Shown here: piece after piece, positions 53,122 through 64,000 of the stretch | Numbering within the stretch: the first letter of the stretch is position 1 | How the letters are laid out: each line of letters opens with the position of its first letter | Assembly: GCA_030141605.1 (NCBI GenBank) | Contig: JAQGDQ010002374.1 | Span: 1 to 64,000 of the forward strand | Source of the DNA: Tubiluchus corallicola | Lineage: Eukaryota; Animalia; Priapulida | Direction of reading: 5' to 3' | Length of the DNA: 64,000 nt | Notes under the pieces: model-generated | What the model was told of the DNA's origin: nothing | Database searches by the model: none | Seen by the model: only the letters and a program-made list of their open reading frames with translations | Translations under genes and position numbers: made by a program

Positions 53122-55843
53122 ACCTCCTGTCACTGACAGCTGTTATCAACTATCCTGTCCTAACCAAAGGCTACATTAGGTGCAAAAATGTGTTTAAACG
53201 ACTATCAAGGCTATTCTTCCAAGACGAGGCACTAAACCAGCAGTGGTGTCTTTGTCTCATTCGGAGTTCATCAAGTGTCATCATGTTAGGACATCATGCA
53301 TCAACAAAATAAACACCCAGAGACAGTAAGGTGAATGAATTGAGTGAGTGTTGGACCCGATGGTCACCGATATTTGTACTGAACAGGCTCAGTGATACTT
53401 AACTGACAATGTTGTTAAACTGGTGGTTGTCAAACAAACAATCGGCTGTTTCTTGAAACTCTTAATTGTGTTTGCTGCATTTTCACTTTTTCTGCTCAAG
53501 TCATTAGTACTGACTCTAAAGCTTGTTCAATGATGTTTTCATTATCAAATATAGTTATTAATTTAAAGGACAAGAAAATAGGTACCTAAAGTAGGTTTCA
53601 CAAAATGGCCTGAAAAATTATTCTGTTTGAATCCAATTTAATGTGTATATCGTACTCGCGTTAAAAGGAATTTTTTTGCTTATATTTTCAATCTCTCGCA
53701 ACACTGTTCCATCCGTTCCAATACATAACGTCACCTACTCAGACATAACTCAGGGGAGGAAAAGGCAATGTTAAATTATAACCCAAAAAACTTTCCATGA
53801 AAATCTGTATTACTTACCACTTCGCTCACCTGCTGAAAAGACTTATGTGACTAAAAATTAAAATGTTCGTGCCAGAATAAGATGCGATTTGACAATGTTC
53901 CACCAGCGTTACCACAGGGGGTACACAAGGCATCCTATTCACTTTGAAAATACTCACTCAAACAGTTTATGCAGCTAACATTAATTCTAAGTTCATCTCA
54001 TTTTTTTATAATTCAAAATTATTCTAAGCCTTTCTGTTTGTGATTTTCCCGCATACAAGATGTCACTCTACAACTTATGGTTAGTAAATGTATTAACTCA
54101 AATCAAACAATGCCTCATCTCATAACTTTTGGTAAAAATTGAGCTGCAATTACCCAAAACAATGGAAAAAATAATAAAGTCACGCACCCAACGTGAGCAC
54201 ACAGAAGAATGAATAAAATACGTTCTTAAATCTTGAAACACGTGTCTCCAGACCGCAGTGTCGTTGTTGTTAGGCCTAACAGCAATAAATTTTTACCAGC
54301 CCAACCCTGGAAAAAATTTTGGCGTGGACAAATCACACCATACCACCATCCACACTACCCCACCCTCAACAAAACACACCACATCACACCATTCCACCGA
54401 CACGACCCACAACACACAATCCGTATCACACCACCCATAGCCTGCCACACCACATCACACAAACCGTGCCATGCTACACCCACCACACCACCCACACTTG
54501 CCTCACCACTCACAAAAAACAATCCACTCCACATCATGTACACTATACATGAAACAAAAGAGACGTAAAGGATAGAAGGGGTTTGCTTCATGATAGTTCT
54601 GTACTTTCATGCTATTACTTTAATAATCCAAAGTTTACTGGTTCGAATACAGGATAATGCGCACTTTTTTACTATACAATTTTCTTTCAAGTTCATTTGA
54701 AGTTTGACTGAATGAAGTATCACAATTAATGACTGAAAAAGGTCATAAATAATTTACTGTCATGGTGTCCGAGGGTATAGATACTTTTTCCATTGATCTC
54801 ACCATGCCTTGTTATTTTGTATCTGTGTTTTGAATTTAATAAAATCGAAAGTTGACATTTTTTGACCAGACGGCTGTTGGTCTCAAGCTGTAAAAAACTG
54901 GCTCCATTATATCTGCTATGCATGAATACGAAGCATTCATTTCAGCTTTCAGGCCCTAGAGAAAATGCACATGACCTATATTCACCCACTCACTAGGCGT
55001 CGACCCCACATAGCAATATACGCAGAAACTGTGACCCGAGTTCAACGTATTTAGCCATTAGGATAAAGCCAATGGAACTTGCGGACGCCTGCCCATCTGT
55101 GACCTTTGACATCTTTCACAGCTTTGGCCTGGGGCTATTGGGTCACATTCAAGGCTAAATGAGCACCGCGAGAGACAAAAATAAAAAAGTATAAAAGATC
55201 AAAATGCACATAAAAATGCCCTAAAGAAATTTAATTCAAATGAGATTGTGTGTTCTTCTGTGAGACTTTCCATGATGCAGCACAAAGCAAAGTATTTCAC
55301 ATTAATCTTAACGACTCGGAATTTGCCCTAGCAGCAATTAAATTCAAGTTAGTTTTAGCAGTCACGTGTTAAGAAGAGATCCTGACAAACGAAATATCTC
55401 TGATGTCACTACACCCTTCCCAACATGCACTAGAGTCGATCACTAGATTCCCTGGCACAAGACACTGTGACACAATCACTTTGCAATGATCAGCAGAGTT
55501 GAAAATGTAACAGCATGTCATTTGCGGGTTGCTTTGGTCACAGATGTTGAGCTTTTATTTTAGAGTACGTGAGATCAGAAATGTGGCTACATAATTAAAA
55601 CTAATTAAGCTACTGTTTTAAAATATCACTAAAAGTGATAATTATGTTGATATTTTTTGTAAGGTAGTCAAAATATCAAGAAAATATATTAAGGCGAGTT
55701 TAGAATTGTTTTATTTTGCCACTTTTCGATATTTAGTCACGCACTTGTGTGTTTGTATTCAGGCTGTTGTGTTTAATCAATGCACTTGTATTTCTAGTCA
55801 TTTAATTGGATATTAATGTCAGTCTGTTACTTGATTCATGCAG

Positions 55844-58800
55844 GTTGCTGGAGATGCTAATGAACGACAGATCATAACATCACTGGAACACAACATGGAC
55901 CGAGTTGTAGAGCTACTAAAGCCATTGAATGATTTACTTCAACTATATAGGACAAAGAAAGTGCGTTATAACCACCGCGCACTTGAGGTACAGTGAACAT
56001 GAGTAAATTCACAATTATACTAATAGGGTAAAACATGTTGGTTTTAAAATCACTTTGAATTTTCTTTAATAACTGTAACTAGCGGATCATGTGCTTTGTT
56101 GTCAGACAAGCTTGTTAAACAGTATAAAGTAAACTACTTTCATTTTCTACACAAACTCGAGTATCTACATTCTCATTATGTTTTTATTATTCATTTGTTT
56201 ATTTATTTTTGACATTTATACATATATTAAAATTGTGAGGATCCAGAGCATTACAAATGTTTACAACTTTTTCAGCAAATGAAAATTTTTTTGCTTTTAA
56301 TCTCGAGAAAGACGTAAATAGTTTAAAGTTGTCACCACGCAAGTGATTGGTTGTAGCACACTAGAAAAAAATCATCAAAACTTAAACCCAGTATTTTACG
56401 ACAAATTTTGTACACCATCATAAGATCACAGACAAGGCACCTCATTTCGAATGGCAACAATTCTAGTTCTGACAGTCTGTCTAAATAAGAAACCAAATTA
56501 AACTGACATCATAGGAACAGCCTACGAGAAAAATATCCCTGAACCTTTTCAATGCTGTCAATATCTTGCATATGGTGAGGGGACCACACTGATGAGCAGT
56601 ACTCCAACAAGGGATGCACATAATCTCTATAAGCAGTCAAAAGTGCAGTTCTGTTTTTAGTATAGAAACACCGAAAATCATAATTACCATACAAAATGCT
56701 TTAGAAACTATGGTTTTACAATGTGTTGAGAATTTCAAATCGGATGATACTGTAACACCCATGTCATTACATTTGTTACTATGCATAAGGCTGGGGGGGG
56801 GGGGTGCCATCAAGAAAATACTGAAGATAAGGATTTCCAAAGCCCTTATGGTGCATTTGTGTGCAGCTATATCTAGTTGCCATTTGTAGGACCAGTCTGT
56901 TAATTGGCCACACATTCAAATTCAAAACATTTTTACAGCGTTTTCTTGAGCCACTAATGTAAAAAACATTTTATTTTTCAGTTGGTTCTATTAGCTATGG
57001 AAACCCATGCTGATAATGAACAAGTGCAGATATCTGGGAGGTAAGAGCTATGTCAGTTTTATAGAGTTTGTAGCTTTAACATAAATTAGTAATTCTCATG
57101 TGTTAGTAAATATCAGGTGAAGGTTTAGCATAAAAATGTGTTAAGTATGAAAATGCTAGAGACAAATCGTATAAGATGCTTAGATAGTTCAGCAAAGCAA
57201 ATTTGTTTTTATGTTCATAGTTAGTAACAAGATTGAAAATTTATTTTTTTGTACTTAGTGAGTGTCTGTTTCTTATTATGGAGATTGATGAGAAGCCAAT
57301 TTTTACTTCGGAAATAGAAGGGTGAGTTAATTGTGAACGCAGTGCTATTTACTGCTTATATGTATGAAAAAAGCTCCATGTTTACTGAGACATTAGAATG
57401 AATTGATGAAGTGATTTTAAAGCTAGCTAGTCTTTTTTATATGCATTTGCTGTAACTGGATTTTATGATTTTTAATTAAATCGAGTTAATCGAATTTAGT
57501 TAATTTAATTTAGTCAAATTTTCACAAAATGCGATTGGATAAAGGCAGTCTAGTTCGTATGCTTGCTGGAACTTTTAGCAGTGTTTTTCCTGGGTATCAC
57601 TATCATTGTGTAAAAATATTGAGCACTTGGTGGCCTGTAGCACTAGTTTTGCATTTAATTTTTTGTAAATGTAGTAAATGACATACATTTCATACATCGC
57701 ATATACTAAATATTATACTTGTAAATTTTCTCTCAATACAACATGAAGTTTTTTAGGAACACCTATTGAAAGTTAATTATTGTATGTATATTTTCATGCA
57801 ATATAATTAGGTAACTAGTACTGCACACGTCACATTGAAAACAGCAAATTGGTGTTTTGAACATTTTAAAATCCAACAATAAATATGAAATTCTTTCTTA
57901 GGAGAATTATTACTGCTTTAATAAATGGAATGGATCGGTTCAATGAAGATTCAACGGTATGTGATAGCTATTTATCATTCTTCTGCATTTCTACTTTGTG
58001 TTTGTGGCAATGTGATAAGATAAGATGATGGATAATTTTTCACTCCAGAGATTGCTTAATCCTGTAGCTCAAGGGTGTGCAAATTATCTCACTAGCTGGT
58101 CCACATTAAATTTTTCAGCAATTTCAGTGGGCCGCATGCAGTTTGGCCAAGGAGCCAAGAACCAGTAAGGCCTAATAGAGATTTTTTGGCATCTGATCTA
58201 CAACACGCATCATTGCTACTACACTGAGGAAAACTATTCTAGAAGTTATTAAATGTTAAAACCATAGAATTCAACTTTTTTGTCAGATATTGGTAATCTT
58301 ATTACACAATGCACATTAGTACTGATTCTGATCTATAAGAACATAACACCTGATGAAACGCTGAAAGAACCACTGATCGAGGTTAAACCGAAACTAAAAT
58401 CTGGGAATCCCCCTATATCAAAGGTGATCACACTTTAAACTTGCAAGCTACCTATAAATTGATTGACGCAGTCGCTTTCTTGGTCATGGTAGGTAGATCA
58501 TTTTAACTTGGTTATTATATAAATAAAATATATATTATAAAATTGCCAAATGAAAATTATCTACTTACGATGACCAAGAGGACGACTGGCCTGATCCAAC
58601 GGGTCCTATAATAGAAGACTGGAGTTTGGCTGGCTGGTCCTACTATTGTGGACTTTAGCAGGAAACAACCTCCTGATACTTGCTACTCAATTCATTGCCC
58701 AGGTCGCACTTTTATTAGCTTGACAAATCTCTTCGTGGGCTGCACAACATTTCTTGGTGGGCTGCGGTTTGCACACCCATGCTGTAGCTGGAATTTATCA

Positions 58801-61800
58801 CTTTACTTGCGCTTTGAGATGCCACACAACAACTCTCGGTAGGCCGCAGTTTGCGCACCCATGCTATAGCTGGAATTTATCGCTTTACTTGCGCTTCGAG
58901 ATGCCACACAACAACTCTCGGTAGGCCGCAGTTTGCGCACCCATGCAGTAGCTGAAATTTATCGCTTTACTTGCGCTTCGAGATGCCGCACAACAACTCT
59001 CGGTGGGCTACGGTTTGCACACCCCTGCTGTAGCTGAAATTTATCGCTTGCGCTTCAAGATGCCACACAACAACTCTCGGTAGGCCGCGGTTTGCACATC
59101 CCTGCTGTAGCTGGAATTTATCGCTTTACTTGCGCTTTGAGATGCCACACAACAACTCTCGGTAGGCCGCGGTTTGCACATCCCTGCTGTAGCTGGAATT
59201 TATCGCTTTACTTGCGCTTCGAGATGTCACACAACAACTCTCGGTGGGCTACGGTTTGCACACCCCTGCTGTAGCTGGAATTTATCGCTTTACTTGTGCT
59301 TTGAGATAAAGCACATTTTCAAAAAAAAGTAATTGTCTGCTCAGTTATTTTTAAATTTTATTTGTTTTTTATAAGATTTGGTTTGTTGTATATTGTGTGT
59401 CATGTTATGTCAGCTAAAATCAGTTTTTTGCCTCGTAATAAGATTAATAATAATTATCATTGGCAAATCTCTCAAAAATATAATTTTCAAAATGTGTCGA
59501 CGTGCAGTTGTTGCTACTGTAGTTTGATAAGCTGAGTTAAGCAGCTTCAAATTAATTTGTCATTTTGTCTTTCAGATGATGAGAAACGGCATGGAAACTC
59601 TCTACCAGTTTTCCATGCCTGATGATGTGGTACTTGTATTATTTGTTTTCCTTTGAAATATTAATTGTAATATAAATTAACTGTCCTGAGAGGTATTTTA
59701 ATGCCATTTTTTAAGTTTTTTCTGATGATTGTAATCGTCTTGACAAAGAAAGGAAGGACGTGTACTGGGTGAGGCTTCCAAACTTTTTTTAAACTATGTG
59801 CTTCCGACAAACCTTCTTTGTTGTTTCTCTTCTGACTAAAAGGGTAATACAGATATGAAGACAAATATGATTTTGAAAAATTTGTTGTAGTGCTTAGAAA
59901 GCAGCCCCATTTTAATTAAATGGAATTTATAGCTTTTTCTTTGTGTACACACAGGCCTTTTTCACAACAGAAAAGTGCAGAACTAACTTCGTTCATGGTT
60001 TCACTGGTTTTGCCTGAATAATTGATTGTTTTTCTTCAAAATCTGAGCGATAATAAATAATCTTTGGTGTAGTTATTTACATATGAGAAGTTGGTTAAAG
60101 TGTTGCTGAAGACAGTAAAAGAGCATCAGGATACTGGTATCCAAGAGCTCAGCATCTACTTATTACATCACATCATTTGTGAAGCAGATAGTGAGCACAA
60201 GCAGCTAGTCGGTGAAAAGGGAGCTATAGAGGTATAATGATGCCTTCTTAAATCTATGTATCTTAATGTGTGGAACATATTAGTTATTCTTTTGCTGTTA
60301 TAAACCCATTGTCAATTACATTTTCATACCAAATTTGAGAGGCAGCAAATGTAAAAAAAAGTTGGAATATAGCATGGATTTTAACCACAGACTTTCTGCT
60401 TAGGAGGCAGATGCATTAGACCAGTAAGCTATCATACTCACTAGTGATCAAGGCAGTCCAAATTCATCCTTTATAGCTTGCCAACCAAATTCAGTGTTAA
60501 TGAAAAAATCGTTAATTTTGCCATGATTGGTAATAAACTTAACATTAATTATTAAAATAATTAATTATGCTCATACTCCAAGATTTGCCTGTGTTACTCA
60601 TATCTTAAACAACTACACAGATTTTTCTAATTCTATCACGAAAGTTGCTTTTCTAGATATTTATTTTTCTTTATATTTTCATAATGTGTCTCACAAATTA
60701 AAATAGTGAAAATATTTTTTGCTGTTTGATCTTGTGTTTCTTTTGAACTTCTTCTTGCCACTTTTTACCTTTTGATTTTTTGTTCAACTTAGTTAAAGAT
60801 CACAGCAGACTATGTGAAGAAGAAGAAAAAACAAACACGATAAAACTGTTGCAGGTGGAATATTAACAAAAATACAAATAAAGTTATAAAATTCAATTCT
60901 TATATTGTAGATAATGCTTGATGTGATAACGAAATGTCTGGAGAATCAAGTTTGCGATGTTGTGATGCACCTTGCTTGGGAGACAATGAGGAATGTTACT
61001 GGTATGTATGTATTGAGTACTGCCAGCTTTATGATGTTAATTCATATGTTATATTACTTTACACCAGTGTTGCCATGTAAACTGGCCAATTTTTGTAGCA
61101 GCAATGTTTTAGCAAATAATGTAATTACATAAAATGTGCAATTGCCAAAAACTCTTAAGTTTTGCTAAAAGAAAGATGTTAGGTTCATATAGAAAATGAT
61201 GTTTGCTCTTTAAAGTTACAGTTAGTTGATGTTATACCCAGCGTTCTAATAAAATATATTTGTAAAAATTGATGCTGCCCGAAAAATTGAAATTACAATC
61301 TTTGATGATTGTTCGTGTGACTTTAAATTGTTGAACTTTTAAAGATTTCCTCTTTTTGAGATCGTAATTAGTTATGGATATGGTTTCATGTGGTTAATTT
61401 ACCATAAAGCGTTTATTGTACTTAATGTTATTATATTAGTATAAAATGTTTTGCATTGAAATTTGTTTTATTTAATTGTTATGCTGTAGAGTATGAATGT
61501 TGCTTCAGTCAGTTAACTTGAGAACTTCTTTGTTGCTGTAGACGAAACGCCTTCAAACTGTCGTCGGTTTTTGGCTGGAAATGGAATGCATTTGTTCTTG
61601 CAGTGCCTCAGAGTGAGTGTATACTTAAGCAGATTTTCCCAATTTACAACTTATTAATTAGTCAAGTCAATTTTATAGTTAAATGACAGTGCTTGTTGCT
61701 TATGAATGTTCTTAGTATCACCAAATTGTTCTTGTTATTTTTCTAGAATTTTCCAGAGCGGGATGAATTGCTTGGAAGTATGATGGGCTTGCTAGGCAAT

Positions 61801-63082
61801 GTGGCTGTAGTTAAAGAATGAAGACATCATATGATGACAACTGAGTACATCAGTGTTTTTAACCAAATTGTTCTTGTTATTTTTCTAGAATTTTCCACAG
61901 CGGGATGAATTGCTTACAAATATGATGGGTTTGCTAAGCAATGTGGCTGAAGTTAAAGAATTAAGACATCATATGATGACAACTGAATACATCAGTGTTT
62001 TTAAGTGGGTAACATATTTTACTAAAGAGATGCTATTTTATGATGTTTCATTTTTACCACTTGATGATAGTGCACTATGCTTGTCGTGCCATTCCAAGAA
62101 AGTTTACCACATTAGTGTCACCAAATACTAAAATGCTGAGTCATTTAAAATGTGAGGCAATCTGTCGGTTGGTTTGTGGATCTTGGAATTATTTACATAA
62201 TGTAACCTGCAATCAAGAAAAACTAATATAAATTCTACTGCTTTACTGTGTATTACAAAAATGACAAATTCAGTGCATGTCTATTGAACTCCAATTTCTC
62301 TTTTTCATCTTTTCTGGAGTTGTAAAAATTAAAACAGGCACCGCTAATATTTTCAGATCGGTGACGTCTTTTTAGTTTGATTCCATTTTGATGGAATTTC
62401 ATTTTATTTGCAGTTCAATTGAACCGATTCTTCGCTTGGTTCATTGTGATGAAACACCTCAAGCTCAACTTTGGGCATTGTTGACTCTTGCCAATTTTAC
62501 AAAAGTTGATCGTGAGTGTTAATGAAATTAATTAATGCTTGACTTTTTGTAAAATTACAGTCTGTTTTTGCTTGGTAATATTGATTACACTTATCTTTTA
62601 ATTTTGATATTAAAATAAAATGAAAATCTGTTACTACACCTCAAAGTGAATTAAGTTTGGAAATTGTCTGTTTTCTGTGTGTGATGTTTTAACTCCCCTA
62701 GCATTTCTGTTAAGGTTAGCCTTTCTATATTACTGTGACTACTCTTTCATTCTGATCCATATTAACATTACAGCCAACTACTGTTGTTGTTTAATTAGAT
62801 TATAGACAGCTCTTTGTTGATTAAGTTGTGTTTTGCATTGCAGCTAGCAACTATTGCGGATTGATTAAAGCCGAAGGTGGATTGGAGCTGCTGGATGCAC
62901 TGATACGTCATCCGGCTGCATACAGTCACATAAAGCGACTTGCTCGCATTATTCTGGCTAATTATCGTGCATATTGGGATTTAACTGATCAAAATAGTGT
63001 AAGTGCATTAGATTATCCATTCAGTGAGTCCCGTAACACTATTAAGAAGTGTTGCTTAATGCCTGTTCACAACTGTCAATGA
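55844..63082 (+). CDS. ZER1/ZYG-11-like ARM-domain paralog D (exon 9 duplicated, exon 10 deleted; possibly a pseudogene)
   Basis: Exons 55844-55987, 56982-57040, 57259-57321, 57902-57956, 59576-59629, 60073-60231, 60911-61001, 61542-61612, 61889-62004, 62414-62511, 62844-63082; the frame stays open if dead exon 9a (61747-61862) is skipped. Confidence 0.72.
56240..56910 (-). mobile_element. CR1-like LINE fragment (copy D intron 1)
   Basis: ORFs 56509..56694 and 56637..56915 carry the same CR1 motifs. Confidence 0.8.
58742..59307. repeat. 82-bp minisatellite, ~7 units, in intron 4 of copy D
   Basis: acaacaactctcggt...gtttgcacaccc.tgctgtagctggaatttatcgctttacttgcgcttcgagatgccac repeated head-to-tail; single-copy in A', A, B and C. 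Confidence 0.9.
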
Positions 63083-64000
63083 ACCTCCTGTCACTGACAG
63101 CTGTTATCAACTATCCTGTCCTAACCAAAGGCTACATTATGTGCTAAAATGTGTTTAAAAGGCTATCAAGGCTATCCTTCTAAGACGAGGCACTAAACCA
63201 GCAGAGGTGTTTTTGTCACATTCGGAATACGTCATGTGTCATCATGTTAGTACATCATGCATCAACAAAATAAACATCCAGAGACAGTAAGGTGAATGAA
63301 TTGAGTGAGTGTTGGACCCGATGGTCACAGATACTTGTACTGAACAGGATCAGTGATGCTTAACTGACAATGTTGTTAAACTGGCAGTTGTTAAACAATC
63401 GGCTGTTATTTGAAACTATTCATTGTGTTTGTTGCTTTTTCACTTTTTTTGCTCGTCATTAGTACTGGCTCTATAGCTTGTTCAATGATGTTTTCATTAT
63501 CAAATATATCTATTAATTTAAAGGACAAGAAAAGGGGTGCCTAAAGTAGGTTTCACAAAAATGGTCTTAAAAATTGTATTAGTTTGAATCAAATTTAATG
63601 CGTATATCGTATTCGGCATCATGTACGCTATACATGAAACAAAAAAAGATGTAAAGGATAGAAGGGGTTTGCTTCATCATTGCTCTGCACATTCATGCTA
63701 TTATTTTAATAATCCAGAGGTTACTGTTTCGAATACAGGGTAATGCCCACTTTTTTACTTTACAGTTTTCTTTCAAGTTCAGTTGAGGTGTGACTGAATA
63801 AAGTGTCATACTCAATGACTGAAAATGTCATAAATAATTTACTGTCATGGTGTCCGAGAGTATAGATACTTTTTGCATTGATCTCACCATGCCTTGTTAT
63901 TTTGTAACTGTGTTTTCATTTCAATAAAATCGAAAGTTGACATTTCTTGACCAGACGGCTGTTGGTCTCAATCTGTAAAAAAACTGGCTCCATTATATCT

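Noticed and set aside
58742-59307. CRISPR-like appearance of the 82-bp array and of the 99-bp array at 12474-13958
   Set aside because: No unique spacers, no cas genes, eukaryotic context; one is an intronic minisatellite and the other codes for ankyrin repeats

Overview
AT-rich animal genomic DNA with spliceosomal introns, probably from an invertebrate; there are no prokaryotic features. From left to right: (1) the 3' end of a Gypsy LTR retrotransposon (integrase with one in-frame stop, polypurine tract, 3' LTR; 1-3998). (2) LINE and MITE debris. (3) A minus-strand gene with about 17 ankyrin repeats followed in the same frame by a cGAS-like/Mab-21 nucleotidyltransferase (cGLR) domain that keeps its catalytic acidic residues. 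Fifteen of the repeats are near-identical 99-bp units that vary mainly at binding-surface codons. One TGA separates the two parts. (4) A roughly 49-kb array of five multi-exon paralogs encoding only the C-terminal ARM (Gly/N-degron-binding) region of ZER1/ZYG-11. Two lie on the minus strand (A', A) and three on the plus strand (B, C, D), head-to-head across a near-identical inverted duplication. The copies are mosaic and differ at the degron pocket. C carries an RT-deleted Gypsy element in an intron; D has one duplicated and one deleted exon. The ANK-cGLR exon sits where the next array unit would begin and is splice-phase compatible with the truncated copy A'. Best candidate for an undescribed system: a fast-diversifying innate-immune locus with a DARPin-like cGLR sensor next to ARM-only ZER1 paralogs. 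Exon models and family calls were made by eye, without database searches.
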